55,233 nt of DNA from a virus (IMGVR_UViG_3300031951_000200:1-55233), one strand, 5' to 3'; shown: positions 1 to 9,586, numbered from the stretch's first letter. Numbers and translations are program-made. The notes: generated from the letters alone by a model not told the origin.

Positions 1-889
1 ACAGGAAGTCCTCTTTGGTGCCATCGTTGGATGCCAAGGCGCTTTCAGCGAAGATCATCAGGCTAATCGTGCCGTCGTTCTCGCGCACCCACATGTAAAT
101 CAGCGGAATGGTAGGGCCAGTCTCCCCTAGAACGAGGTCGTTGTTCTTCCAACGCTGCTCCCAGTCCATCCAGTTATAGGGGTCGATGATCTGCGGATAG
201 GCATTCTGCATCGCCCGTTTCAAGGCGTCAACGTTCCATCCCTCATCCTCGGCATACTCGCCCAACTGGATATACTTCATCAACTGGTCCGGCTGCTCCA
301 GTTTCTTCATGGCCGCATACTGAATCGCGTCCTCACAGGTGCGAGTCTGGCGAGGTATTTTCAGGTAGGACAGGCTGGTTACGTCCCATTGCCAGTTATT
401 CGGATCGGGGAAGTAGGCAATTCCAGTGCCATGCAGAGTCCGGTAGTGCGGAATGAAGGCGTAGCGGTAGAAAAACTCAGGCCACGACCGAATTGTCCTG
501 CTAAGGTGTAGGGAAATACGCTGCGAAAGGTTCTGGCGCTCGGAGATGTCGCCATACTTGGTCTGGACATCAATCAGGCCCTCGGAGCCAGTAATGAGGT
601 CCATGAACGCCGCAACAGACTGGTCGAGAAAGGACTTCGCATCGCCGGGGTTGAAGTTGGACATGTAGGCCAAGCCCTGCTTTTGGAGCATCGCTGGGTC
701 GTAAGGCTCACGACCATCGACCATTGCCTGCACTTTTGCCATCTGCTGATTGCTGGCAAGGTCGGCCTGCTGCATGCGGAACCAAAGGGAACGAGCGCCA
801 TCAACAGACTGGATACGGCGAGCGAGTGGTTTGCCCTCCGTGTCAACGACGGGTGGAGCGTAATTATTGAGGGCGGTAGGAAGTTCCAT
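1..889 (-). CDS. Probable portal protein (3'-truncated by the window edge)
   Basis: Manually translated frame, open from ATG 889 (MELPTALNNYAPPVVDTEGKPLARRIQSVDGARSLWFRMQQADLASNQQMAKVQAMVDGREPYDP...) to the window edge, ~296 codons without a stop. Absent from the ORF track. The portal call rests on resemblance to podovirus portal N-termini and on context. Confidence 0.6.
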   Translation of the reverse strand, partial: MELPTALNNYAPPVVDTEGKPLARRIQSVDGARSLWFRMQQADLASNQQMAKVQAMVDGREPYDPAMLQKQGLAYMSNFNPGDAKSFLDQSVAAFMDLITGSEGLIDVQTKYGDISERQNLSQRISLHLSRTIRSWPEFFYRYAFIPHYRTLHGTGIAYFPDPNNWQWDVTSLSYLKIPRQTRTCEDAIQYAAMKKLEQPDQLMKYIQLGEYAEDEGWNVDALKRAMQNAYPQIIDPYNWMDWEQRWKNNDLVLGETGPTIPLIYMWVRENDGTISLMIFAESALASNDGTKEDFL

Positions 890-891
890 AA

Positions 892-1308
892 TCAGCCGAT
901 AGTCCCACCCTTTGCTTGAGAATCAAGAGTGTTTTCGGTTCCTTCCGTAAACCCATTCGAGTCCACGCCAGTCAAAATTAGCTTCGGCTGAAGTAGCGGC
1001 GTAAGTTCTGTTTCCAGCGAGAACAGCGAGCAGCCCTTCATGGTCAGCTTTGTGATGGCCTCGTTTACCACGTCTGTGATTCCAGACAAGGCCTGCATGG
1101 TGATGAACTTCTCATCGAACTGAATAGCCGCCTTGATAACACGCATGCCCTCAGTCGTTCGGGCAATATCGCCAGTCACTTTGCCCTCTTTATCGACAAT
1201 GAGAGACAGGACGCCCTCGCTTGGATTGCCGGTTCGAGGCTCCATCACCCAGCCGATTTCAGATGGGCGGATGACGTGTTGGCCGGATGCTGGTTCGGTG
1301 GTGTTCAT
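892..1308 (-). CDS. Hypothetical phage protein
   Basis: 138-aa ORF tightly packed between the GT gene and the portal. Confidence 0.7.
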   Translation of the reverse strand: MNTTEPASGQHVIRPSEIGWVMEPRTGNPSEGVLSLIVDKEGKVTGDIARTTEGMRVIKAAIQFDEKFITMQALSGITDVVNEAITKLTMKGCSLFSLETELTPLLQPKLILTGVDSNGFTEGTENTLDSQAKGGTIG

Positions 1309-1311
1309 GGA

Positions 1312-2394
1312 TTAGATTTTCTTCACCCACTTAGCCTTGCCAGAAAGCACCAAACCATTCGAGGTATTGGCAATCTCAGCCTCGACCTGCTCATTGGTGA
1401 CATCCAAGGCCTTCGCGATGTCAGCAACCTTTTGCGACTTGGCAGCTACCAGACGACCAATCTGCGTCCCAAGGAACGTCGGATGCTGCTTTTTAGGAGT
1501 GTCACCGCTAGGCTGAACGTCGGCGGTGCGCGGCGTCGATGAGTCTGCGGCACTTGCCCCTGCCGCAGCAGTCCCAGCCTTAACTGAATCAATGGGGAGA
1601 TTTTTGAGAAGGAGGTCGGTAAGTGAACCGTCCTTGCAGCCGTGAATGACGATAGCAACGCCATCCCAAGGCTTTTTGTGCGACTCGTTGGATTGAATGC
1701 CCTCCATGTCATCACAGACAATCGAATCACCATCCTTGCGATACTTGGCTGTGCGCCAGTTGTGCTGAATCAGCTTAGTTGGATGCGCGTGAGGAACGAT
1801 TTCATGGCGCATTGCCACGTCAAAAGGCTCCATCGGCATACGGGACCAAGGAGCGATCTTGTCCACCGAAGGCAGTTTGACCGAGTAAGTCGATAGATGC
1901 GGCGGATAGATGCCGGTGCCGACCATGTGATCCTCGCCATTGGCAGGAATGGGGCCATCTGGCGTCATCTCAAAGCCGCGAGTAGGCGTGACGCAGCCCA
2001 TGTAAGGCTTGTTGGCCTCCACATATTCGTCGTGGATACGGTCTAGCCAGCCAGCGACCATTGGATCATTGTCCAGCTCGAAAAAGTAGAAGGCCTCCTT
2101 GATGCCAAGACTGTGAATCTTTGCTGCTGTCAGCTTGAAGTGACGATTCGGAGCGATGGGCCATCCTGTGAGATTCAAAGGAACAGGCAAGAAATGCGCG
2201 TCCTGAAACAGGGGCTTCAACTCAGCCATAAACTCGTTTGCTGGTTGCTTCACTGGCTCGTCAGGAATGACGGCAAGGATGTGGCGAGGATAGGGGCCAA
2301 ACTTCTTGAGTAGTTCTGCTTTTTTGGCGAGCAGATGAACGTCAGACTGCGATACGGGGATTGCTAGGATCATTATGCCGGACTTAGTAGTCAC
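1312..2394 (-). CDS. Putative glycosyltransferase (GT-A-like) with C-terminal helical extension
   Basis: FYFFELDNDP..GWL..Y..ANKPYMG motif (ExD), paralogous to the N-terminal domain of 2429..4072. Confidence 0.55.
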   Translation of the reverse strand: MTTKSGIMILAIPVSQSDVHLLAKKAELLKKFGPYPRHILAVIPDEPVKQPANEFMAELKPLFQDAHFLPVPLNLTGWPIAPNRHFKLTAAKIHSLGIKEAFYFFELDNDPMVAGWLDRIHDEYVEANKPYMGCVTPTRGFEMTPDGPIPANGEDHMVGTGIYPPHLSTYSVKLPSVDKIAPWSRMPMEPFDVAMRHEIVPHAHPTKLIQHNWRTAKYRKDGDSIVCDDMEGIQSNESHKKPWDGVAIVIHGCKDGSLTDLLLKNLPIDSVKAGTAAAGASAADSSTPRTADVQPSGDTPKKQHPTFLGTQIGRLVAAKSQKVADIAKALDVTNEQVEAEIANTSNGLVLSGKAKWVKKI

Positions 2395-2428
2395 GGCTGT
2401 AAGGTTGGCAAGCGAAACTTACGGAATT

Positions 2429-4072
2429 TCACAGAATCGGATGCTCTGTATATCCCGCATTCCTCAACGCCCTACGAGCAACGTCAAGCTGAGGTAGTTT
2501 CACCTTACGCTCGAACCATTGAGGATTCAAGGCCACGGTGAAATCCACGACGGCTTTCTGGCAGACCTCATCGGCCCATTGAGTGAGTTTGCGCACCTTC
2601 TTCCATGCGAACTCGAAAGCGCCTTCGCAGATCATCACGTCGTTGTGCTGATAATACCAGCCGTAGCGGCCTCGACCGCAGTTCGGGACTTCGTTGAGGA
2701 TGTAGTTTTTCCATCCCATCAACTGAGACTCAACAACAAGGCCTTCGCCACCATCGAATGATGGTAGTGTCATTGAGCCATCGAAAACATACTGAGCATT
2801 GTTGGCACTTGGATAAACGCAATCACAGCACCACAGACTTCCCTCTTGGATTCGAGGATGCTTCAAGCCCTCAGCGATTGTCATGCAGGCGCTCTGATTC
2901 CCGATGAACAGCTTCGATGCAGCGATGGCTTTTGCGGCCTCAAGCATGTTCTCGGTGACAAGGTATTGAACGTTTCCAAAAGCTCGGCAGAACGCGGCGT
3001 ATTCGTCTGGAAGTCCAAGGAAGACAAGCCTGTCGCCATAGAACTTCACGACTTGGCCCCACTGGAACGAATCGTTGTTGTAGCGAGGGCTGCGATTGAT
3101 AATCACCCTGTCAGAGAACTTCTTGTCAGGCTCAACGGTTAGCCAAGGCTTTGAAAAGTCTGGCATCTCCTTGATGAACCCAACGCTAAGAGCATGGGAT
3201 GCGTGAGCGCCAGCAAGGGTAAATGTCCTATCGTGCCATCCGGGGCGGAAACCTTCGGACGCCCACTGGATTTCCTCACGCTTCCAGATGCGGACAGAGC
3301 CGATATAGGGTTGTGCCTCAAGTAGTGGCTTCAAGATGTGAATGCGATTCACAATCCCCTTCGTGGCACCATTGTCTCGAAGATAGTAGTCATACATTCC
3401 TCCACGATGATTGAGTGTCGCTAGGGAAAGAACTGCATCCCCAAGGTCGCCGACCGTCGAGACATTTACCACGTCGTCTCCCTTCAAACTTGGCATCAAA
3501 TGGTCGATTAGGCCTTGTTTCTGGTCTTTATGAAACAGAACCGCATCGCTTCGGATCAAACTCAAATCACGCGGGAACTCATGCAGTGTAGCATCGCCTT
3601 TACCGTCGTAGAAACCGTAGCTGTGCTGAATGAGGTCTGTTCGACCAATCAATTCGCCGTAGTTGCGGACCAACCACTCGTCAAAGCCGCCATCTTTGAA
3701 GCCTTCTGGCGATTGCTCGTAAGAGTCTGGCCCCTGAACTCCAATGCCGGTAAAGTTATCGAACGGAGGATTGAGAGTCTTAACGTAGAGATACGGCTTC
3801 CCAACCTTTTCGTATTCTTCGGTCAAAGCCTTAGCCCACCCAGCTTTGAGTGGAATGGAATCAGCTTCAATCCAAATGAACGGCTTCCCGCGCATCGCTT
3901 TGGCGCATTGACGAAAGGCCCAATTTGCCACCTCTGGATAACGCATGCCCGGAGGATCATCGAACTTCATCGTAATCACCTCCGTTCCATCCAGTTCCTT
4001 GATGTAGCGAATCAGCTTTTCAGCCTGACGCTTTTCGTGAGGGGCGATGTTGAGAACGACGGGAAGGGTCAT
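2429..4072 (-). CDS. Two-domain glycosyltransferase (GT-A-like plus GT9/heptosyltransferase-like GT-B)
   Basis: N-terminal FIWIEADSIPLKAGW; C-terminal GDLGDAVLSL and KLFIGNQSACMTIAEGLKHP, typical of the GT9 fold. Confidence 0.65.
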   Translation of the reverse strand: MTLPVVLNIAPHEKRQAEKLIRYIKELDGTEVITMKFDDPPGMRYPEVANWAFRQCAKAMRGKPFIWIEADSIPLKAGWAKALTEEYEKVGKPYLYVKTLNPPFDNFTGIGVQGPDSYEQSPEGFKDGGFDEWLVRNYGELIGRTDLIQHSYGFYDGKGDATLHEFPRDLSLIRSDAVLFHKDQKQGLIDHLMPSLKGDDVVNVSTVGDLGDAVLSLATLNHRGGMYDYYLRDNGATKGIVNRIHILKPLLEAQPYIGSVRIWKREEIQWASEGFRPGWHDRTFTLAGAHASHALSVGFIKEMPDFSKPWLTVEPDKKFSDRVIINRSPRYNNDSFQWGQVVKFYGDRLVFLGLPDEYAAFCRAFGNVQYLVTENMLEAAKAIAASKLFIGNQSACMTIAEGLKHPRIQEGSLWCCDCVYPSANNAQYVFDGSMTLPSFDGGEGLVVESQLMGWKNYILNEVPNCGRGRYGWYYQHNDVMICEGAFEFAWKKVRKLTQWADEVCQKAVVDFTVALNPQWFERKVKLPQLDVARRALRNAGYTEHPIL

Positions 4073-4074
4073 GG

Positions 4075-4668
4075 CTAGATTTTTTGGTAAATGATGCAGA
4101 GTTGCGCTAGTCCTCCGTGCATGGTGGAGTCAAAGTCTGGATCATTCCACTTTTCCCAGTGAAAACCATCAAGCTCCATGCGCAAATCTACAAGGTGCAG
4201 GCCCGCTTTCTTGCCGATTTCCACGATGCGTTTGTAGTCGTAGTGCTCATGGTTTAGCGGCCTCGGGCAACTAACGATGTCCCACGACGTTTTGTGGTCC
4301 GGGTTGAATCGAGCGGCGTGCTGACTGCCGAACTTAAAGTCGCGGAACTTCTCGTAGGCGGAGTAGAGCGGGGTGAGGGCGTAAATATATCCTCCCTCCT
4401 TCAAGACTCGGCTCCAGTTTTGGAGGGCGATTGCTGGGTCCATGACGTGCTCAAGACAATGGGCGCTCACAATGCAGTCGAACGTCTTGTCGTCGATAGA
4501 TGCAAGATATTGAGCGTCACCATCGGGCAAGTCCCATCCTCGAACGGATGATGGCGGGTCGAGTTTAATGGCGTCAGGGCCGCAACCGATGTCGAGCACG
4601 CTGCCCTTGATAAAGGAGTAATCGCCGTGACGAATGCGCAGCGGATGAGATTTGGACATTTCGTTCAT
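4075..4668 (-). CDS. Class I SAM-dependent methyltransferase (Methyltransf_11-like)
   Basis: VLDIGCG, FDCIVSAHCLEHV, WSRVLKEGGY motifs; start chosen at MNEMSK (4668). Confidence 0.85.
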   Translation of the reverse strand: MNEMSKSHPLRIRHGDYSFIKGSVLDIGCGPDAIKLDPPSSVRGWDLPDGDAQYLASIDDKTFDCIVSAHCLEHVMDPAIALQNWSRVLKEGGYIYALTPLYSAYEKFRDFKFGSQHAARFNPDHKTSWDIVSCPRPLNHEHYDYKRIVEIGKKAGLHLVDLRMELDGFHWEKWNDPDFDSTMHGGLAQLCIIYQKI

Positions 4669-4673
4669 ACCCC

Positions 4674-4979
4674 TTATTTCTCCGCCCAAGCCTCCAGTTT
4701 AGCAAGCGAGTCTTCGCCGAACATGTATTTGCCTTGGGTGAGTTTGGAAATGGCAGCTTGAGGCAGGCTAATCTCGTTAGCGAACTGGTAGTCCTTCATC
4801 TTACTCTCCTCAATGCAGCGTCGAACTTCCTTGCCGATTTCAGCGAGGACTTGTTCCATTTTCTTGCTGTGCTCGCGAAACGCTTTCTTGGCTTTTTCCT
4901 TGAGGTCGCTCACCTCACGGTCGCGGGCCTTCATTTTAACTTTCAGTTCTCGGATATATGCTTTTAGGGTGCGGTTCAT
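4674..4979 (-). CDS. Coiled-coil plus XRE-type HTH protein
   Basis: YQFANEISLPQAAISKLTQGK HTH pattern. Confidence 0.55.
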   Translation of the reverse strand: MNRTLKAYIRELKVKMKARDREVSDLKEKAKKAFREHSKKMEQVLAEIGKEVRRCIEESKMKDYQFANEISLPQAAISKLTQGKYMFGEDSLAKLEAWAEK

Positions 4980-5138
4980 ATAGGTGGAAATTGTTGCCAG
5001 CGCCAAGGATACCACGCAGGCTGGCGGCTACGTTCAATGAGGGAAAATACATAACCCCTTGGTGCGACTCTCTTGGCTTATCGTTCGCTAGGTCCATCAT
5101 CACGCACGAAGCGTCCATAGGACCATCGTCAAAATCAT

Positions 5139-5369
5139 TTAGCAACCCCAACGCTTGCGGGCCGCTTTGCCACGCTCGCCATCCCACGATGCAGAGCGGG
5201 CGCAGAAACTTTTGTGTCGAGGATTGTCTTTGTCCTTGGTTGGCGCTTTGAGATTGCTCCCGGTGGCGGCGTTATATTTTGCGCGGCCCTTGGCACTTAA
5301 CCCGCCACCTTGAGCAATGGAGAGTTTCTCGCCCCGACCGACTGATAGTGATGGTGATTTCTTTGCCAT
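5139..5369 (-). CDS. Conserved small basic phage protein (DUF6321-like)
   Basis: GGLSAKGRAKYNAATGSNLKAP...KSFCARS...RKRWGC, a widespread phage family. Confidence 0.7.
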   Translation of the reverse strand: MAKKSPSLSVGRGEKLSIAQGGGLSAKGRAKYNAATGSNLKAPTKDKDNPRHKSFCARSASWDGERGKAARKRWGC

Positions 5370-5399
5370 GAGTAATTGTGCTTTCTATTCCCGTAAACT

Positions 5400-5807
5400 T
5401 CAAGCGGAAAGACGCTGCTTTAACTGGTATTGACGGGCCTCGCTCTGGTCCGCGAATCCTTGAAGCAAGTTCTGCGTGCCTTGCGAAGCCTTTTCAACCG
5501 CCTCGTCAATCATCCCGCACAGGTCTTTCTCGCCTTTGAGAATGGCGCGCAGGAAAGGCTCAGGCTTCGTCTCGTTCGGAAGTATGTCGCTCATCTGAGA
5601 GGCCGCGATGTTGATCTTCGAGAGATTCAACTTCTCGGTCCCAAGGCCAATCACACGCTCCACGGCGCTGTCGTAGGCTGCTTCGTAGGCGGGGTAAAGC
5701 TCGCCAAGGAACTCATGGTCCTCAAAGAAAGTCGGCCCTTTGATGACGTTGTGCGCCCGGTGAGCAAGGAATTGAAGGGCGCGAAGTTGGGTGATGAGGG
5801 AGTCCAT
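5400..5807 (-). CDS. Ferritin/Dps-like four-helix protein (DUF5856-like)
   Basis: AHRAHNVIKGPTFFEDHEFLGELY...DSAVER, a Dps-like ferroxidase pattern. Confidence 0.7.
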   Translation of the reverse strand: MDSLITQLRALQFLAHRAHNVIKGPTFFEDHEFLGELYPAYEAAYDSAVERVIGLGTEKLNLSKINIAASQMSDILPNETKPEPFLRAILKGEKDLCGMIDEAVEKASQGTQNLLQGFADQSEARQYQLKQRLSA

Positions 5808-5836
5808 GAGGTAAATTCGTCGAGGCTGCGGTTAAT

Positions 5837-6058
5837 TCAAGGCTTCTTCTTCGGCTTAACCCCTCGCTTCACTCGCCCGCACTTCCCGCAGGACTTCTTT
5901 TCGCCACGGGTGAGATGCTGATAGTAGGCCTCGGTTTCGTTGCCACAGTCGCAGCGGCATAGCCATTTGGAGTTGTGATGCTCATTTCGTTCGAGGAAGC
6001 TAAGGACTTTCAGACAGCCGAATCGTCGGCCTTTGAGGTTTTTGGGAGGGTATGCCAT
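5837..6058 (-). CDS. Stand-alone HNH-endonuclease N-terminal (Cys-rich DNA-binding) domain
   Basis: GRRFGCLKV...WLCRCDCG...KSCG; no nuclease domain. Confidence 0.65.
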   Translation of the reverse strand: MAYPPKNLKGRRFGCLKVLSFLERNEHHNSKWLCRCDCGNETEAYYQHLTRGEKKSCGKCGRVKRGVKPKKKP

Positions 6059-6065
6059 TTAGGCG

Positions 6066-6094
6066 ATACTTACGGTAATTTGAGGGGAAGGCAA
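6066..6094 (-). promoter_or_regulatory. Putative promoter, CCGTAAG variant class
   Basis: TTGCCT...AATTACCGTAAGTAT, 7 nt before ATG 6058. Confidence 0.45.
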
Positions 6095-6113
6095 GGGGTT
6101 TGCCAAACTGGCG

Positions 6114-6377
6114 CTACTCCGAACGCTGCGCGTCGGAGAGCTGGGTGTTGGGCAAGGAAAGACCGCGTATGACTAGCCTAACCTCGTCGGGAATCTGCTC
6201 CATAAACTCGACGCTGCACTCGGGTGAGCACGCGCCAGACCTCAAGGCTTCAAGTATTTTCGGGAAGATTGCCCGTAGCCGTGCGTTCTCGCGCTCAAGC
6301 TCGCGGGCGAAGTTAGAAGATACACAGTAGCCGTCAGCGTAAAAGGATTCTTGGTCTGTTCTGGGTGTATCGCTCAT
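6114..6377 (-). CDS. Small phage protein (SDTPRTD...FARELERE family)
   Basis: MSDTPRTD...SNFARELERENARLR. Confidence 0.65.
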   Translation of the reverse strand: MSDTPRTDQESFYADGYCVSSNFARELERENARLRAIFPKILEALRSGACSPECSVEFMEQIPDEVRLVIRGLSLPNTQLSDAQRSE

Positions 6378-6507
6378 GTTTATTTTTCGTCGTTTTTTAG
6401 ACACGTTTCCGCGTCATGTTTATTTATTATCTATTTCGGAAGGGATACAAAACCGCCCAACAAGGCGCTAGAGCCAAGATGCGCATTGGCCCGCTGATTG
6501 TTTACTA

Positions 6508-6819
6508 TCAGGGGTGTTGCGCATCCGGCTCAGCTTGAACGTTCAACCCCACATCCACCCTCTCCAAATACTTCCCCTTCATGGGATACTTCCCCTGAAG
6601 AATGCGGTGGAGGAACTGAGGCTGGAAGCCAATGACGGAGGCCAGCTTCGTCTTGGACCAGCCCTGCTGCATCCGAAGCTGTTCCAGAGCGTTGATGCGC
6701 GTTTGGTTGGCCTTTTTGAGCAGGTCTGCGGCTTGGCGTTCAAGCTCGGAGGCGCAGACGAACTCGGCGTGGATGAACGGGTGATGGGATTGTATGTTGG
6801 GGAGGGTCATGTTACTCAT
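6508..6819 (-). CDS. XRE-family HTH regulator
   Basis: LRMQQGWSKTKLASVIGFQPQFLHRILQGK. Confidence 0.7.
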   Translation of the reverse strand: MSNMTLPNIQSHHPFIHAEFVCASELERQAADLLKKANQTRINALEQLRMQQGWSKTKLASVIGFQPQFLHRILQGKYPMKGKYLERVDVGLNVQAEPDAQHP

Positions 6820-7099
6820 TCAAAAGCTGGTCGATTCGCGCTTGGGTTTCCTCAACGTTGATTTCAGGGCTGGCTGGAATGGAAAGTAACGTTGGCCTTT
6901 CGGGGTATCCCCAATTAGAGAACAAAATCTTCTGATATTCACTAAGGGCTTCTTCTGAAAGAATATCGGACTTGAAAGCCTGCCCTGCTTCGTATGGAGC
7001 AGGCGATCCTTCGATTGGGGTTGACCGAACGGCCTTGTGTCGTGGCTCAACCATGTATTCTTCAAGGGTTAGAGGTTTGGGCGTCATATTGTGTTGCAA
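6812..7099 (-). CDS. Hypothetical protein
   Basis: 95-aa ORF overlapping the next gene in operon fashion. Confidence 0.5.
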   Translation of the reverse strand: MQHNMTPKPLTLEEYMVEPRHKAVRSTPIEGSPAPYEAGQAFKSDILSEEALSEYQKILFSNWGYPERPTLLSIPASPEINVEETQARIDQLLNE

Positions 7100-7136
7100 T
7101 CAACGATAGTGCGGATGGGGATGGAGGTCAATAGCC

Positions 7137-7424
7137 TTATAGCGTCATGTGCAAAATTGGGTCGAGTAGCCTTTCGACGCTTTTTGGCGTCCACCTCCTC
7201 TTCCCACTCTCAAGTTGAGAAACGTAGGCATCGGTGACGCGCATGATTTTGGCCGCATCAGCCTGAGACATGCCGGTAAAGACACGGAACTTCCTCATGG
7301 CTTCTGCTAATTCAGAACCGGCCTCTATGATGGTCTTTTCGGCATCCGCCATTTTCTTGACGGAAGCCGTGATGGACGCGCCAAGGGCTTCCCACTCTTC
7401 TTGTTTTTTAGGGTTCGGTTTCAT
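7137..7424 (-). CDS. XRE-family HTH regulator
   Basis: GMSQADAAKIMRVTDAYVSQLESGKRR. Confidence 0.85.
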   Translation of the reverse strand: MKPNPKKQEEWEALGASITASVKKMADAEKTIIEAGSELAEAMRKFRVFTGMSQADAAKIMRVTDAYVSQLESGKRRWTPKSVERLLDPILHMTL

Positions 7425-8226
7425 CTTTCTTGTTGGGTAATAGGTTGCACTTGAAGTCTTTGGGCTTGTTGAGATACAGGCTGTTTGTTCTGATTGAGTT
7501 TCTGATGTTCTCCTCGATTGCTTCCGGCGTGTAGGTTTTCAGCATTCTCTGGATTTGATCTATGTCTTGGTTGGCCTGCCGCTTAGTCCAAGACCATTTG
7601 TGGCCCTCTGATTGAGTTATGGACTTCATGGCTACCTCTCGACGCCATTCAAACAGGTCCGTCATGGCGTCATAGACAATCTTCGGGATGCTTTTGGGGA
7701 TGCTCAATTCGTCAAGTTGACTCAACTCCTCGATGATGCGCTTTTTCCAGCCCGGAACGTCGCCTATGCCTTGATCCTCATTCTTGATAGGCGGAGCGTG
7801 CCGTCGAATGCCCCTCTCCTCAAACCAAGCTATGAATGGTTCTGGCTCGGACGGCTCTTTGGGCTTCCCCCAGTGTCTTTCGATGGCCTGCCAAACTTGA
7901 ATGTGTGGCCTACAATCCCTGCTCAACTGACTGTATTGCCTTTTCATGTATTGAGAGAGAAGCAGTGAAACTCCTCCATCCATCCATACCGCATTGTCCC
8001 TGCCTAGCTTATGGACATCAACTCGGTTGAAGTCCGCTCCGTCGCCAGCAACCTCATTGATTCGCTCCAAATCCCAAGGGACAACCCCAGCTTTGTCAGC
8101 CAAGCACTCCAGAACGATCAAAAAGTAGCGATGGCGGGACGGAAGCTGGCCGAAGTCCATTTCTCTCCACCTGTTTGTGTCCAACAGGATGTTTTTGGCG
8201 GTCTTTACTGGTTTTGGTAGCCTCAT
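7408..8226 (-). CDS. Putative phage replication-organizer-like wHTH protein
   Basis: N-terminal DTNRWREMDFGQLPSRHRYFLIVLECLADKAGVVPWD...QYMKRQYSQL resembles the DT..W.D.WF..L...L...D.AG family of phage replication proteins. Confidence 0.45.
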   Translation of the reverse strand: MRLPKPVKTAKNILLDTNRWREMDFGQLPSRHRYFLIVLECLADKAGVVPWDLERINEVAGDGADFNRVDVHKLGRDNAVWMDGGVSLLLSQYMKRQYSQLSRDCRPHIQVWQAIERHWGKPKEPSEPEPFIAWFEERGIRRHAPPIKNEDQGIGDVPGWKKRIIEELSQLDELSIPKSIPKIVYDAMTDLFEWRREVAMKSITQSEGHKWSWTKRQANQDIDQIQRMLKTYTPEAIEENIRNSIRTNSLYLNKPKDFKCNLLPNKKDETEP

Positions 8227-8284
8227 CTTACCCGAGTATCTATACTAACTTGTTAGAGAAGTAAAATGATTTGTTTGGAATGGT

Positions 8285-8347
8285 GATAGCCTATCCGATA
8301 GGATATTTCTTGTTCTATGTGTATATGCTATCGGGATAGCCTATGCG
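8285..8347. repeat. Cluster of GATAG/CTATC quasi-palindromic sites
   Basis: GATAGCCTATCCGATAGG (8285-8302) and TATATGCTATCGGGATAGCCTATGCG (8322-8347). Confidence 0.65.
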
Positions 8348-8874
8348 GGACTTGTTGCACCAGCCGAATCCCTCTTCCTCTTCTCCTCCCGAAGCAGCTC
8401 AATAGCCCTTTCCAGACCATCGCCGTTCTCCTTGGATAGCTGCCAGATGGCCCTTTTGAGGTAGATCGCCTTGTCCAGAGTCTCCTCGTAGGCGTGCTGA
8501 AGCCACTCCCGCAGCTCAAGAGGGTTGTCGGCCACGGTGGTCCCGTATTTGGCGACACCCTTCCTTTGGCGCTCGCTGATGTCTCGGCAGACCTCGGCCT
8601 CGACGCCGGATGGTTCGGTTTCGATGGGAGGCTGCGGGCCGATTTCGGGAATAACTGGCTCAGGCTTGGTTTCCGGGATGGCGTAGTGGGCCGTTAATTG
8701 CCCCGGTGCATATAGCGACATGCACACACGACCAGAAGGAACCCATTCCGGCTCATCCTCAAGGGATTGTGAGGACGACCAAATGAGCGCCCCTTCCGGC
8801 ACGCTGTCCTTGATGCCCTCTCCTTTGACGAGCTTGTATCCTGCGGGTGGTGTGGGTGTGGTCATAGTGTTCAT
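8341..8874 (-). CDS. Phage protein with C-terminal G..KYGTT..D...WL.HA.EE..D..Y domain
   Basis: RQRKGVAKYGTTVADNPLELREWLQHAYEETLDKAIYL; possibly all-alpha NTP-PPase-like. Confidence 0.6.
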   Translation of the reverse strand: MNTMTTPTPPAGYKLVKGEGIKDSVPEGALIWSSSQSLEDEPEWVPSGRVCMSLYAPGQLTAHYAIPETKPEPVIPEIGPQPPIETEPSGVEAEVCRDISERQRKGVAKYGTTVADNPLELREWLQHAYEETLDKAIYLKRAIWQLSKENGDGLERAIELLREEKRKRDSAGATSPA

Positions 8875-9068
8875 TTCTTGATCTTTTGAAGTAGGTCGTA
8901 GCAGGCAGCTTCGTAGGATGGGCCTTTGCCAGCATGAAGCAAATCCATGCCAAGCGGGTCTTTGTAGATTTCCGCATACCAGCGACAACATAACTGGTCT
9001 TTAAAGACAACCAATGCGTAATCGGAGCCATCAACTAACTGAAGAAGGGATGCGTGGGCTGAGTTCAT
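8871..9068 (-). CDS. Hypothetical protein
   Basis: ATGA overlaps with both neighbours. Confidence 0.6.
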   Translation of the reverse strand: MNSAHASLLQLVDGSDYALVVFKDQLCCRWYAEIYKDPLGMDLLHAGKGPSYEAACYDLLQKIKK

Positions 9069-9586
9069 TTGAGGAAGGGTTGGAGTTTGGCGAGGGCTTG
9101 CTGGTCTGGATACGGGGATGCCTTGATAGCATTATGCGCCTCACGGATCGCCTCGCGCATGGCCTTATTCTCCGCAGCGTAGTCATTACACTGCCCGCAG
9201 GACACCGTGCGTCCGCTGAGGGCTTGGCGCAGGGTGGCGTTTTCGCGCCGGTAGTGGTCCCGCTCATCATTGGAAATCGAAAGCTCTGCCAGTGCATTCT
9301 TTTCGCACATTTCCAGTTCCGCATAGGCTTTGCGGTTTTGATCGTGAGCTTCGCGCATTGCAGCAATCTCCTTTGCCGGGTCAGCCATTTTAGCGCAGGC
9401 GTTGACGCAGGCGACAATGCGCTCTGCTTTAGCCCATGCAACAGAACTGGCCTCACCAACAAGCTCATGGATGTCGGCAAAGTAGGCTCCTTTGCCATCC
9501 AACAGGCTTGTGGAAAGATGGCCTTCTTGAATAGTCCACAGCTCGCCGTAGTCGGGTGTTGGGGTGTTCATATTTGGGTGTGTCAT
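9065..9586 (-). CDS. Hypothetical phage protein (RIVACVNAC family, coiled coil)
   Basis: AERIVACVNACAKM motif. Confidence 0.65.
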   Translation of the reverse strand: MTHPNMNTPTPDYGELWTIQEGHLSTSLLDGKGAYFADIHELVGEASSVAWAKAERIVACVNACAKMADPAKEIAAMREAHDQNRKAYAELEMCEKNALAELSISNDERDHYRRENATLRQALSGRTVSCGQCNDYAAENKAMREAIREAHNAIKASPYPDQQALAKLQPFLK

